From a virus, in IMG/VR virus record IMGVR_UViG_3300033981_002321, positions 11,394-75,393 of that record: a DNA stretch of 64,000 nt; one strand, 5' to 3'. The notes below the pieces were generated by a model that saw only the letters and a list, made by a program, of their open reading frames with translations, did not search any database and was not told where the DNA came from. Position numbers and translations under genes: made by a program. Below, piece by piece: positions 41,527 through 51,008 of the stretch (the first letter of the stretch is position 1; each line of letters opens with the position of its first letter).

Positions 41527-43251
41527 GTGGTCATCGTTGGTAACTCTCTGATCCCAAATGCTGATGACGCCCTGGGGTTAAACCCGTTTGACCGGCGGCA
41601 CCCAGAGCTGGAAGCGAATGTTGAGGGGGTTACGGGCGTTGCTGAATACTCGATCGAGCAGGCTCAGCAGCTGGAAAGGCTGTCTCCGATCAAGTTTTGC
41701 ACCCTGCCCGAGTTCTTCCTGTACGAAGCGACTAGCGAATATATCCCCAAGGATCACCTTGAAGAGCCAGAGTCCTATGACGTTCGCAAAACTAGAGCAC
41801 AGAGCAGCTTTGAGCCATTCTATTCGCATCTTCGCAACCTTACAATTGGTACAGCCCTTCGCAAAGGCGTTGTAATTCCTGAGGATGTTGATGGGTCGTG
41901 GGGCAATTTTTTTGAAGATTGCGATCTTGAGGGGCATTCTTTAACTTCTTACACCAAAGAGCTTTTTACAGCAGCTGTTGATGCGGGTGTTGCGGGTATT
42001 TGGGTCGAATATCCGAAGCTTCCTACCGACCTGAGCGCGGAAGAGGAGAAAATTCTTAACCCTCGCCCCTATTTCGTCTTGATCAAGTGCGACCAAGTGC
42101 TTGAATGCAGGCACGATATTTTCAGTGCGGAGATCCTGGGGCAGTCACTTTTTGGTTCTTTTCCCACATATTTGCGTATTAAGGGGGAAATTCGCCGAAA
42201 AAGTGCTACAAATGAGTTCTTTGAGGAGGTTTTGCCCGCTGTTTTCGTTTATGACATTGTAGAAATTGGGGAAGATGGCTTTTCCGAGGTAAATGACACG
42301 CTTCGCCCTGTTTCTCCTGGCCGCAGAGTTCGCTGCAGGACGTATGTAAAGCAAAATGTACCCGGAAATACCGATAGGTATCTTCAAGAGGGGGAGGAAA
42401 GGTATCTTTCTATCCCGTTTATCCCGTTTGTGCCTGTCCTTGGGGGTGAAAAAGAAGCATTTTTCCGTGCTCGCCCCCTTCTTCTTGATATTGCGCGGCT
42501 AAATCTGCATCACTGGGCAGTTTCCGCTGATCTTGCGGAGTCAATTCACCTTACAGCCTCGCCCCTTTTGACAATGACGGGCGTGCGTGCCGACGATGAA
42601 GTAAAAGCGGGGTCTGGGCGAACGCTTTCTTCTCAAAATTCCGATGCAAGATTTGGGATGATTAGTGCAAGTATGGAGGGGGCGGAAGTTACGCTTAAAA
42701 ATCTCGACAGAATCGAGAAATCAATGGAGCGATTGGCCGCAGTTGCAATGACAACGGGCAAAACGCAGGCCGAATCCGGTTTTGCGAAGCTTCTTGACCG
42801 TTCTCAAAGCGATTCTCAGCTTGCAGTTCTTGTTCAGTCGCTTGAAGACGCTCTGAATAGGGCGCTTATGTATGCTGCGGCTTACAGAAACTACTCTGCA
42901 GTTAAGATCGCAATTAGCAAGAACTTCATTCCGGTTAAACTGCACTCGCAACAGGTAATGGCTTATAGCTCTCTGTTCAAGGATGGGGTGATAACCATTG
43001 AGCTGTTCATGCGTATGCTTGAAAGCGGGGAGCTTTTTGAGGGCATTCCTGGTTTCAGCGTGTCAGATATTATCGAAAAAATGGGACTCAAGGGGACTGA
43101 AACTATCAGGGAGCTGATGGGGGCTGGCGAGGGGACCCCTGCCGATGGGCGATCTTCTCGTCTCCGCGTTGAAGTAGACAACACGGCCCCAACGAGCGAG
43201 GGCGCCGATAGAGAAGTCTTGGAGCCGGGGTTTGAACCAAGCGAAGCTTGA
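41527..43251 (+). CDS. Portal protein (DUF4055-type)
   Basis: Follows TerL; 'YIP....E...Y..R', 'PLLLDIA.LNL.HW..SAD....IH'. Confidence 0.85.
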   Translation: MVIVGNSLIPNADDALGLNPFDRRHPELEANVEGVTGVAEYSIEQAQQLERLSPIKFCTLPEFFLYEATSEYIPKDHLEEPESYDVRKTRAQSSFEPFYSHLRNLTIGTALRKGVVIPEDVDGSWGNFFEDCDLEGHSLTSYTKELFTAAVDAGVAGIWVEYPKLPTDLSAEEEKILNPRPYFVLIKCDQVLECRHDIFSAEILGQSLFGSFPTYLRIKGEIRRKSATNEFFEEVLPAVFVYDIVEIGEDGFSEVNDTLRPVSPGRRVRCRTYVKQNVPGNTDRYLQEGEERYLSIPFIPFVPVLGGEKEAFFRARPLLLDIARLNLHHWAVSADLAESIHLTASPLLTMTGVRADDEVKAGSGRTLSSQNSDARFGMISASMEGAEVTLKNLDRIEKSMERLAAVAMTTGKTQAESGFAKLLDRSQSDSQLAVLVQSLEDALNRALMYAAAYRNYSAVKIAISKNFIPVKLHSQQVMAYSSLFKDGVITIELFMRMLESGELFEGIPGFSVSDIIEKMGLKGTETIRELMGAGEGTPADGRSSRLRVEVDNTAPTSEGADREVLEPGFEPSEA

Positions 43252-43282
43252 GCTATAGTTCTTTCACCGACAACAATTCCGT

Positions 43283-44185
43283 ATGGCTTTTGAGACTCTT
43301 GACGAAGCAAACAGTGCTTTCAAGTCCCTTGAGGATCGGCTTAACGCCCTGGAGACCGAAAACACGAAGCTGAAGGCCACGAAGGAAGGCCTGCAGGGCG
43401 ATCTCAGGAAGCGCAAGCAGATTGCCACCTTCCTGAAAGTGGCTGGCATCGAGCTGACGCCTGACATGAGCGACGAAGAGATTGCCGAGAAGGTGTTGGC
43501 CCTCAAGGCTGCGAATGCCTCCGAGGAAGGCGAGGAAGGCGACGGTGGCGGCGCTGGCGGGGGGCAGCCCCAAGGTGGACAACAGCAGCCTAAGGGGCAG
43601 CAGCAGCCTCAGGGGCAGCAGGCCTACACCAACCCCTCTGACGCCGTGGATACGGTTGTGAAAGCGGAGATGGCCTCCCTGAAGCGGCGACTGGAAGAGC
43701 AGAACAAGCGGATCATCCAGGCCGAGCAAGAGCGTGATCGCGAGCGTGAAAGCCGCCGTGCAACGCTGCTTGAGCAGAAGGTAATGGATGAGCTGGCTCG
43801 TGTTGATTGCAGGAAGCCGGGGCATCTGTTCAAGCTCAAGAAGGAGGACTTCCGTTTGCTTGAAGATGAGGAAACGGTTGTTTATGGACCCCAGGACGAT
43901 CCGGTGTCTCTCAAAGATGCCGTGAGCAAGCTTCGCGAGGATGACGACTACTCGATTTACTTTAATGGCTCGGGAGCTACCGGCTCTGGCATGGCTCCGT
44001 CTCGTACTCCTGCTTATACTTCTGCGAACAACCCGTTTGCTGTTGGATCAGTGAATGCAACTCTTGTCGCAGAAATGGTCAACGGAGGACACAAGGAGAA
44101 AGCTGCGCGACTTTTCCGTGAAGCTCGCGCTGCTGGCAAGCTTGATCCGACTCTGGCAAGGGCGATGGGCAGCATGTTTGGTTGA
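43283..44185 (+). CDS. Capsid scaffolding protein
   Basis: Coiled coil, 'GSG..PS....NPF' C-terminus, position between portal and capsid. Confidence 0.75.
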   Translation: MAFETLDEANSAFKSLEDRLNALETENTKLKATKEGLQGDLRKRKQIATFLKVAGIELTPDMSDEEIAEKVLALKAANASEEGEEGDGGGAGGGQPQGGQQQPKGQQQPQGQQAYTNPSDAVDTVVKAEMASLKRRLEEQNKRIIQAEQERDRERESRRATLLEQKVMDELARVDCRKPGHLFKLKKEDFRLLEDEETVVYGPQDDPVSLKDAVSKLREDDDYSIYFNGSGATGSGMAPSRTPAYTSANNPFAVGSVNATLVAEMVNGGHKEKAARLFREARAAGKLDPTLARAMGSMFG

Positions 44186-44476
44186 GTGAGAAACGAATTT
44201 CGCTACAACAGGAGGTATGGGCGCAGAACTGTTGCAAAGTGGTCTCGCGGGGGTTACAGAAGCCGCCGCGCTGCCTCTTCTTCAACACGTTCTTATGCGA
44301 GAACCAGAGGCTATTCTTCTTCTCGTCCCACACCTTCTTCTGTTCAGCCAGTTTCCTCTCCCGTTCCTCGTGGAAGCGGAGCCTCCTATCGGCCTAGCAA
44401 CGAGTCTTCTCCGCTAATTGGAATTTTTATTTTACTGTTGGCGGCTTTGCTGGGTCTATTGCTTTCTTTTTTTTGA
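44186..44476 (+). CDS. R/S-rich protein with C-terminal TM
   Basis: GTG ORF ending in a hydrophobic helix, before a terminator. Confidence 0.45.
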   Translation: MRNEFRYNRRYGRRTVAKWSRGGYRSRRAASSSTRSYARTRGYSSSRPTPSSVQPVSSPVPRGSGASYRPSNESSPLIGIFILLLAALLGLLLSFF

Positions 44477-44490
44477 GCCATCCTTTTGCC

Positions 44491-44520
44491 GCCCCCTCCT
44501 CTTCCCGGAGGGGGCTTTAT
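44491..44520 (+). terminator. Intrinsic terminator
   Basis: GCCCCCTCC/GGAGGGGGC followed by TTTAT. Confidence 0.75.
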
Positions 44521-44544
44521 TGTATGGGTAGCTGACTTTCCTCA

Positions 44545-44691
44545 ATGCCTTTGAAGAAAGGGCGATCGGCCAAAACTATTTCTCAAAACATCAAAAAACT
44601 GAGAGAAGAGGGCTATAGTCAGTCTCAGGCTGCTGCTATAGCTTACAGTCAGGCTGGTAAGTCACGCAAAAAGAAACCCAAGAGGAAGTGA
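44545..44691 (+). CDS. Small basic protein (MPLKKG.S.KTIS.NI...QA.AIA family)
   Basis: 48 aa, read manually; not in the ORF track. Confidence 0.8.
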   Translation: MPLKKGRSAKTISQNIKKLREEGYSQSQAAAIAYSQAGKSRKKKPKRK

Positions 44692-44692
44692 C

Positions 44693-44845
44693 ATGGCCAA
44701 GCGCGGACTGTATTCCAACATCAACGCAAAGCGAAAGCGTATTGCGGCTGGGGCGAAAGAGCGGAAGGCTCGCCCAGGGGAAAAGGATTATCCTGACAAG
44801 GGAGCTTTTAAGCGCTCTGCAAAAACCGCCAAGAAGAAAAAGTAA
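44693..44845 (+). CDS. Small basic protein (GLY.NI.AKRKRI family)
   Basis: 50 aa, read manually; not in the ORF track. Confidence 0.8.
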   Translation: MAKRGLYSNINAKRKRIAAGAKERKARPGEKDYPDKGAFKRSAKTAKKKK

Positions 44846-45178
44846 ATGGCTGTTCCAGAAAGAGTTAAAAACAAAATGAAAGAGCTTGGGCTCTCGGGGG
44901 TGAACAAGCCCAAGAAAACTCCTGGCCATAAAACAAAGTCTCATGTCGTAATGGCAAAGGAGGGTGATACCTATAAAGTAGTTCGCTTTGGGCAGCAAGG
45001 TGTTGAAGGCGCTGGGGGCAGTCCTGGGACGGAGGCTGAAAAAGCCAGGCGTCGAAGCTATTATGCAAGGCATAACGCGCAAGGCAAGCCAACAAGCAAG
45101 CTATCTGCTAAGTATTGGAGCCATAAAGTTAAATGGATTCTTCTTTTATCTCTCCTGCCTCTTAATCATTTCTTTTAA
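44846..45178 (+). CDS. Basic protein (KPK.TP.H..KSH.V...RFGQQG...ARH...YW family)
   Basis: Family motif common in aquatic phages. Confidence 0.8.
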   Translation: MAVPERVKNKMKELGLSGVNKPKKTPGHKTKSHVVMAKEGDTYKVVRFGQQGVEGAGGSPGTEAEKARRRSYYARHNAQGKPTSKLSAKYWSHKVKWILLLSLLPLNHFF

Positions 45179-45337
45179 TTCAGTTACATGCTTTCTTAGC
45201 TCTCTTGTCTTCTCCAGGTGCCATATATTGTTTGTTTGAAAATACATCGTATTGTGAGTATCAATCGCTTTCAGTGCCTCTCTAATGAAGTCGTTCCACG
45301 GCTCTCTGCGAGCGGTGTTGTACTCTCTTCTCGACAT
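45146..45337 (-). CDS. Cyanophage-type hypothetical protein on the opposite strand
   Basis: 'REPWN..I...LKAID.HN..YF....WH..K...LR..V.ELK' pattern. Confidence 0.65.
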   Translation of the reverse strand: MSRREYNTARREPWNDFIREALKAIDTHNTMYFQTNNIWHLEKTRELRKHVTELKEMIKRQER

Positions 45338-45394
45338 GGCTGGGTCTCGGCTGTCATGGCTATTCTGATGTAGGGCACTCTACTCAGACGCACC

Positions 45395-45685
45395 ATGAGC
45401 TACAAAACTGATCGCAATGTGATTGGAAGGCAAATCACTTCTGCTGTTGAAGAGGTGATTACGGCTCTTCGTATTGCCTATGACGCTGGCATGGCAAGTG
45501 GTAGCATCTATGTGATTCCTGCCGCCTTTACAAGGGCCAATCTTGTTGAGCTTTTTGCTGGCCTTCCTACCGTAACCGGAACTCAGACCCTGGACATCAG
45601 TGGCACCACTGGTAATGCCACTGTTTCTACTGGCGAGAAGGCTGTTGCCACCGGCAAAGGTTGGACCCTTGATGTGACTCCTTGA
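45395..45685 (+). CDS. Small virion (decoration/fibre-like) protein
   Basis: T/A/G-rich, capsid-like codon usage, own -10 and terminator (45710-45730). Confidence 0.55.
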   Translation: MSYKTDRNVIGRQITSAVEEVITALRIAYDAGMASGSIYVIPAAFTRANLVELFAGLPTVTGTQTLDISGTTGNATVSTGEKAVATGKGWTLDVTP

Positions 45686-45925
45686 CCACACCTACAGCTT
45701 CTCGCCTCCGCCCCCTTTTGGGGGCTTTTTATTGCTCGTGTGATTTCCTGCTATAGTGACGATGTAGGGCTTCTTCGTTGCAGTGCTTCGAGGATGCTGT
45801 CGCGGCAGTGCCGCAATCTTTTTTCTTGGTGTTGAGAGAGCGCTGGCGTTTGACGCCCCTCATCTCTGTCGGCTGTGCCGAGCCTCGAACCTGTTCAAGC
45901 AACTCTTCCTTTTGAGGCTAAAGCC

Positions 45926-46909
45926 ATGCTGCTCGCTGGTGTTCCTTTTATCCCACAGCTCTTCCTGGAATACCAGCAGGAAGAGGTTCAAGACCGTAAT
46001 CAACTGGTCAATTCCGGCCTGATGGTGACGAATGACGCCATCCAGGCTGAGTTCGCCAAAGGCGGCAAAACCATTGACCTTCCCTTCTTCGGTGATCTCT
46101 CGGGAGATTCCGAGATCCTGAACGACTCTGTTGGCCTGACCCCCTCGGTACTGGCTGGCGATCTGCAGACCGGCGTTCGCAACGTGCGTGGCCGTGCCTG
46201 GAGCGCTTCCGACCTGGCTGGTGAGCTGGCTGGCTCCGACCCCATGCAGGCCATTGCTCGTCGCACTGGTCAGTATTGGGTGCGGGACATGCAGAAGACC
46301 ATGATCAGCATCCTGCGCGGCATGTTCGTTGCTGGGGGTCCCCTGGCCACCAGCCACGCCGTTGGTGGCACTTCCACCGCCCTGAGCCAGTCGGCCATGG
46401 TGAGCGGTATTGCCAAGCTGGGCGACGCCGGTCAGGAGCTGACGGGCATCCTGATGCGCTCTCCGGTGTATTACGCCCTCATGAACCTGGATCTGATCGT
46501 TCCTGCGAGCCAGACCAGTCAGCTGGATACCCGCCTCTCCCGCGAGCGTCTTGAGCTGGGCACCTACCTGGGCCGTCCCGTGTTCGTGGACGACACTCTC
46601 CCCTACGACGCTGGTGCAGGCACTGGTGGCGCAGACGTTCATCACACCTACTTCTTCGGTCCTGGTGCTTTCGCTTATGCGACTGCCCCTGCCAAGACTC
46701 CGGTGGAAACTGATCGCGACACCCTGAAGGCCGTTGACTTCCTGATCAACCGTACTCACTATCTGGTGCATCCCAATGGCATCAGCTGGACTGGTAATGC
46801 TGTCGGCAACTCGCCCAGTAACACTGAGCTTGCTACTGGTGCCAACTGGTCCAAGGTGTTTACCGATGATCGGAACATTCGCCTGACTCAGCTTCGCTGC
46901 TACGTGTGA
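45926..46909 (+). CDS. Major capsid protein (SPP1 gp13-like)
   Basis: 'GG.TI.LPFFGDLSG', 'R.RAW...DLA.ELAGSDPM..IA...YW', 'TYLG..V.VDD', 'HP.GI'; highly biased codons; GAGG before ATG 45926. Confidence 0.92.
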   Translation: MLLAGVPFIPQLFLEYQQEEVQDRNQLVNSGLMVTNDAIQAEFAKGGKTIDLPFFGDLSGDSEILNDSVGLTPSVLAGDLQTGVRNVRGRAWSASDLAGELAGSDPMQAIARRTGQYWVRDMQKTMISILRGMFVAGGPLATSHAVGGTSTALSQSAMVSGIAKLGDAGQELTGILMRSPVYYALMNLDLIVPASQTSQLDTRLSRERLELGTYLGRPVFVDDTLPYDAGAGTGGADVHHTYFFGPGAFAYATAPAKTPVETDRDTLKAVDFLINRTHYLVHPNGISWTGNAVGNSPSNTELATGANWSKVFTDDRNIRLTQLRCYV

Positions 46910-46930
46910 CCCCTGGTTGCACTACTGCTG

Positions 46931-46970
46931 GGCCCTGCTGGCATTTAATATGCTGGTGGGGCCTTTTTCT
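46931..46970 (+). terminator. Terminator after the capsid gene
   Basis: GGCCC...GGGCC followed by TTTTTCT. Confidence 0.6.
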
Positions 46971-46991
46971 TACTCAATCGCAAAACAAGCC

Positions 46992-47225
46992 ATGTCCATG
47001 ATTACTTTCCGTCTTGCTCGTGAAGCGCAAGAGCGCAAAGCTCAAGAAGAGGTGCAGAGTGCTTCGCCTGTGGAGTCTCTGGCAGAAGAGGCTCCTGTTG
47101 CTGAATGCTCGATCAAGCCTCCGGTTGAATCGAAGCCCGCTGAGCCAAAGCCCGTGCAGGCGAAAGCCCCTGTCACTTCTGCGGCTAAGGTGAAAGCAGC
47201 CCCTGGTGTCACTTCGTCTAAGTGA
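46992..47225 (+). CDS. Small A/P/K-rich protein after the capsid gene
   Basis: 'MSM.TFRLARE' start typical of post-capsid genes. Confidence 0.65.
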   Translation: MSMITFRLAREAQERKAQEEVQSASPVESLAEEAPVAECSIKPPVESKPAEPKPVQAKAPVTSAAKVKAAPGVTSSK

Positions 47226-47233
47226 TTGCGTGA

Positions 47234-47896
47234 ATGGCCTTCGTTTCCACTCTTGGGGCGTCTAACGCCAATTCTTTTGTGAGTGCAGCGAGGGCCACTT
47301 CGCTTCTTTCTGACTTGCCGCAAAGCCCAGGTATTACTTCCTGGCTTGCTCTTGGCAGCCAACAAAAAGAGCAGACGCTTGTGGGGGCGACGATGGCAAT
47401 CAACCCTCTCAAGTGGAAGGGGGCCTTGGTTGATCCTCAGCAGTCTCTCGCCTGGCCTCGATACATCAAGATCGATGGGCGAATTCTTCCGAGTGACGAG
47501 CTTCCACTTGACTTTGAAATTGCTGTCTCCTACATGGCGGCCTTTCTTACTACAACCGGGGGTTATGCAGGCATTGGGGCTGATAACGATGGCGGTGTTT
47601 TGCTGAAAGAGAACGATCAGTACGATGAAGTGAATCTCGGCAGTGGGTCTCTTCAGGTTAAGTATCGAGACCGAGACACTGTGCAGTCGGGCTTTGAGTT
47701 TATTCCACCATTTGTGATGGATATTCTTTCAAAGTATATCATTGATAGCAGTTTTCACCAGTCTCATCTTACGAAAGGCAGTTCCGCCAGGATTGACAAG
47801 TATTACGCTGCCGGGGCTTTTAGGGGGCGACGTGTAACCTTTGCGGGCGGCATGGTTTATCCGGTTTCTGGGGGTTGGTATAGCAATCCTCTTTGA
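47234..47896 (+). CDS. Head-tail adaptor (DnaT-like domain)
   Basis: 'ANSFVS...K...L..AT..I....WKG.....Q.LAWPR'. Confidence 0.8.
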   Translation: MAFVSTLGASNANSFVSAARATSLLSDLPQSPGITSWLALGSQQKEQTLVGATMAINPLKWKGALVDPQQSLAWPRYIKIDGRILPSDELPLDFEIAVSYMAAFLTTTGGYAGIGADNDGGVLLKENDQYDEVNLGSGSLQVKYRDRDTVQSGFEFIPPFVMDILSKYIIDSSFHQSHLTKGSSARIDKYYAAGAFRGRRVTFAGGMVYPVSGGWYSNPL

Positions 47897-47902
47897 TTTC
47901 TT

Positions 47903-48280
47903 ATGTCTCTTGCTGATCGCGTATTTGGGAAGATTCCGGGGCCGCTGATTGCTCAGTGGGGAATTTCTGGCACTTATATTAAGTCATCTCAGAATCAGCA
48001 GTATGACCCATATACCGGGACGGTAATGGGGTGTGACTCGGAGGTTCCTATCAAGCTTCTTCCGACTCAACTCAGGCCGGAAGAGGTGCAGGGGCTTTAT
48101 CAGATGACAGATGTGAAGATTCTGATCTCGGCTTCGTCACTCGGAGAGTATTATCCGAGAACTACTGATTCTGTGCGATATTTGCAAGATGGGGCGCAGA
48201 GAACAGCAAAGATTGTTGGCATTATGTCCTATCGAGGGGATAATCCTATACTGCATGTAGTTGTTGGGAGGTTGAGCTGA
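47903..48280 (+). CDS. Head closure/joining protein
   Basis: Position, size and 'YDP.TG' motif. Confidence 0.65.
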   Translation: MSLADRVFGKIPGPLIAQWGISGTYIKSSQNQQYDPYTGTVMGCDSEVPIKLLPTQLRPEEVQGLYQMTDVKILISASSLGEYYPRTTDSVRYLQDGAQRTAKIVGIMSYRGDNPILHVVVGRLS

Positions 48281-48915
48281 TGCCCAGAAGAATGAGGGGC
48301 GCAACACCAAGGCAGGTTGCTTCTTATCGGGCTAGAAACCTGAGAAGAAACGCAGAGGAGCAGGAAAAAATTCTTACAAGGCTCATAGCTCGATCTATCC
48401 AGGAAGTTGCAGTTCGCTCCATGAATGGCCTGGCCGAGGCTGGTCCTGCATGGAGCGGTGAATTTGCTGCTTCCTGGGGTTTTTCTCCTGCTGGACAAAG
48501 GCCACAGATTGCCGATGGAGGATCTACTGGCCCCGAGGGGGTTAAAAAGTACACGAAAAACGATGCGCCGGTTAGGCGCATTGAGCGCTACCTGGCAAAT
48601 GGCGTATCAAGATTTAATATTGTCAACGTATCTGATCACGCAGAAAAGGCCGTTGATGGTAAAAGGGGAAAGTTTGTCCGCCCAAATAATGCACCCATAA
48701 AGGAAAAAGCTTTAGAGCTTGGCACAGCCAGAGATAATCCAAGCTTTCGTCATGAGATTGGAGATTCTTTCAATGGTCAGTTGCGGGATGCTCCTGCCGC
48801 CAGGACGGCTGAACAGGATTGGCTCGATAACTACGCCAAGGGCGGGCCCTTGCAAAAAGATCTTGCCGATGGCGTCTCATTTGCCTTTAGCGATGTAGAT
48901 ATGTTTTCTCCGTGA
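48280..48915 (+). CDS. Neck protein (HK97 gp10-like)
   Basis: 'GPAWSGEFAASW' (P..tG....sW) and position. Confidence 0.65.
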   Translation: MPRRMRGATPRQVASYRARNLRRNAEEQEKILTRLIARSIQEVAVRSMNGLAEAGPAWSGEFAASWGFSPAGQRPQIADGGSTGPEGVKKYTKNDAPVRRIERYLANGVSRFNIVNVSDHAEKAVDGKRGKFVRPNNAPIKEKALELGTARDNPSFRHEIGDSFNGQLRDAPAARTAEQDWLDNYAKGGPLQKDLADGVSFAFSDVDMFSP

Positions 48916-49415
48916 CGGTCATGCCAGATCAAATACTTAATGGCTTAACCGAATACCAGCGTATCAGAGCCGCTATTGAAGCGCCTCTGTTGACTGCTTT
49001 TAATTCTCAGGTTCCACCTGTGCCGGTCTATTTTGACAATATCACTGCTGTTCCGCCTGACCCTCCGAAGGAGTATGTTCGCATCAATCTTACTTTTGGG
49101 TTGATGAACGAGTCAGGCATATCTCAAACGGTGAAAAACGCGAGAGGGGCTCTTATTGTTCGCTGTTTCGCTCCTCTTGGGGGTGGGCCTGCGAGATGCC
49201 AGGAGCTTATTGGCATTGCAGCAAAAGTCATTACTCAGCTTGGGGCGACAAAAAAGAATGTCGATCAAGTGTTTGTAAGGACTGGGCCAATTACTGGGCC
49301 TGACTTTATTAGGGAGAGAGCGGAATCAATTGAGCCATCTCTTTCATCCTATTCGCCTCACTTTATGGGCAAGATCTCTGCTGGTTGGCAGGCTATGGTG
49401 CCCTGCTCTGAGTGA
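48912..49415 (+). CDS. Tail terminator protein
   Basis: 'PVYFDN...EYVRINLTFG...RG.L.VR.F.P.G.G'; immediately precedes the tail tube. Confidence 0.7.
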   Translation: MTVMPDQILNGLTEYQRIRAAIEAPLLTAFNSQVPPVPVYFDNITAVPPDPPKEYVRINLTFGLMNESGISQTVKNARGALIVRCFAPLGGGPARCQELIGIAAKVITQLGATKKNVDQVFVRTGPITGPDFIRERAESIEPSLSSYSPHFMGKISAGWQAMVPCSE

Positions 49416-49479
49416 TCGGCCACGGCTATTCTGAATGTAACCGGGCAGTGCCCGTACTGCTGTTCTGTGTAAAGCAATC

Positions 49480-50232
49480 ATGACTTGCGACACTACGGTG
49501 CTTACCGGCACTTCCGGGGCTTTTTACTACAAGCCCGCCAACACTGAAGCCTGTCTTCTCGCCACCGCCTTTCCCGCCACCGGCTCCAACATCACCGTTG
49601 GCGTCTTTCTTGGTTTTCGAGTGAATGATCCCATCACTCTTAGCTATCCGGTGGGTTCGACCACTACCAACGCAATTGCTGCTGGCGACTATTTCGTCAA
49701 AACCTACGATCCCACTACGGGCGTGATGACGATTAGCACCACCGCTGGTGGCACTGCTGCAACTGCGACTGCTCAACCTTCTGGTTTTGGGGCGGCCAAG
49801 GCGAAGATTGTCTACAAGGGCTTCAGTGTTGTTGGGCAGGTTCGTGATTGGAGTTTTGAGATCACTCGCTCCGAGATCGACGTGACCACCATTGGTCAGG
49901 GCACCGGGCAGTATGCACCGTTCCGTAAGTACGTCACTGGCTTTGCAGATGGTAGTGGCACGGCCACTATCTATACCACCGACGAAGAGGAGTCCATCGC
50001 CAACCGCATGATTGAGGATGTAATTCAGCGTCGTCAAACTGGTGCTGCGGTGAAGCTGTATATCGATCAGGTGTTCTCTGGTGGCACTCTTAGCGACTCG
50101 CTGAGTCGTTCGATTGAGAGCAAGATCGTTTTGACTTCTGCAAGTCTGAACGTCAACCCCGATGATGCTCAGTCGATTTCGATCAACTTCCGTCCGAGCG
50201 AAGCTCCTACTTTTGACCTGACGAAATCCTGA
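49480..50232 (+). CDS. Major tail tube protein
   Basis: 'VGQVRDWSFEITR.EIDVTT...F.KYV.GF.DGSG'; followed by terminator 50256-50280. Confidence 0.85.
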   Translation: MTCDTTVLTGTSGAFYYKPANTEACLLATAFPATGSNITVGVFLGFRVNDPITLSYPVGSTTTNAIAAGDYFVKTYDPTTGVMTISTTAGGTAATATAQPSGFGAAKAKIVYKGFSVVGQVRDWSFEITRSEIDVTTIGQGTGQYAPFRKYVTGFADGSGTATIYTTDEEESIANRMIEDVIQRRQTGAAVKLYIDQVFSGGTLSDSLSRSIESKIVLTSASLNVNPDDAQSISINFRPSEAPTFDLTKS

Positions 50233-50330
50233 ATATCTCAGGCATTGATCTGCGGCCCCTCCTCCGGGAGGGGTTTTTCTTTGTCTGGGCCTGGGACTGG
50301 CTAGATTGACTGTGTAGCAGCCGAGTGAGC

Positions 50331-51008
50331 ATGTCTGCAGGGGCTTTTCTGATTGGTAGAGGGCCTGACGGGAATGATCTTCCGGTCACTGTTACCGATG
50401 AAGGTTTTTTGAAAGTTGATATTCAAGGTGCAACACTCAGCCTGGATGCTGCTGGTGTTGAGATTGCGAATGATACTGGCAATCCAATTCCTGTTAGTGA
50501 TGCTGGCAGCAGCCTGACTGTTGACGGAAAGACTTACCACGCTGCGGTGACGATCACTCGCCCGAGCAACACCACTGCGTATGCCGCTGGTGACGTGGTG
50601 GGTGACACCGGCGGCAGCGCCATTCTGACCCTGCCCAGCATCGGGCCCAGTGGCGGCTCTGTGCTGATTCAGAGCGTATCGCTGGTGTTCAGCGATGCAG
50701 CGGTAATCAGCAGCATGGGAGCATTCCGGTTGCATTTCTACCAGTCAAGTCCGACTGCTATTGCAGATAACGCCGCCTTTGATCTGGTGAGTGGTGAACG
50801 CGCAAGCTACATGGGCTATGTTGACATCCCTGCGCCGCTGGATTTTGGCAGCAGCCTATATGCCCAGGCGGACTACCCCGGTCGGTTGATCAAACTGGCA
50901 TCGGCCAGCACGACGCTCTACGCCGAGCTTGAAACGCGAGGGGCATACACACCGGCATCGGCCAGCACGATCTCGGTGCGTGTGGCGGCAATGGAGACTG
51001 GTCTGTGA
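50331..51008 (+). CDS. Virion structural protein
   Basis: 'TRP.NTTAYAAGDVVG' motif, fibre-module context. Confidence 0.6.
   Translation: MSAGAFLIGRGPDGNDLPVTVTDEGFLKVDIQGATLSLDAAGVEIANDTGNPIPVSDAGSSLTVDGKTYHAAVTITRPSNTTAYAAGDVVGDTGGSAILTLPSIGPSGGSVLIQSVSLVFSDAAVISSMGAFRLHFYQSSPTAIADNAAFDLVSGERASYMGYVDIPAPLDFGSSLYAQADYPGRLIKLASASTTLYAELETRGAYTPASASTISVRVAAMETGL

Noticed and set aside
45860-46771. Long antisense ORFs over capsid, tail-tube and scaffold genes
   Set aside because: Shadow frames caused by strong codon bias of the real genes.
47823-47830. GGGGGCGA copies as Mu-type -2 frameshift sites
   Set aside because: The motif occurs on both strands, in all frames and between genes, so it is not a recoding signal.
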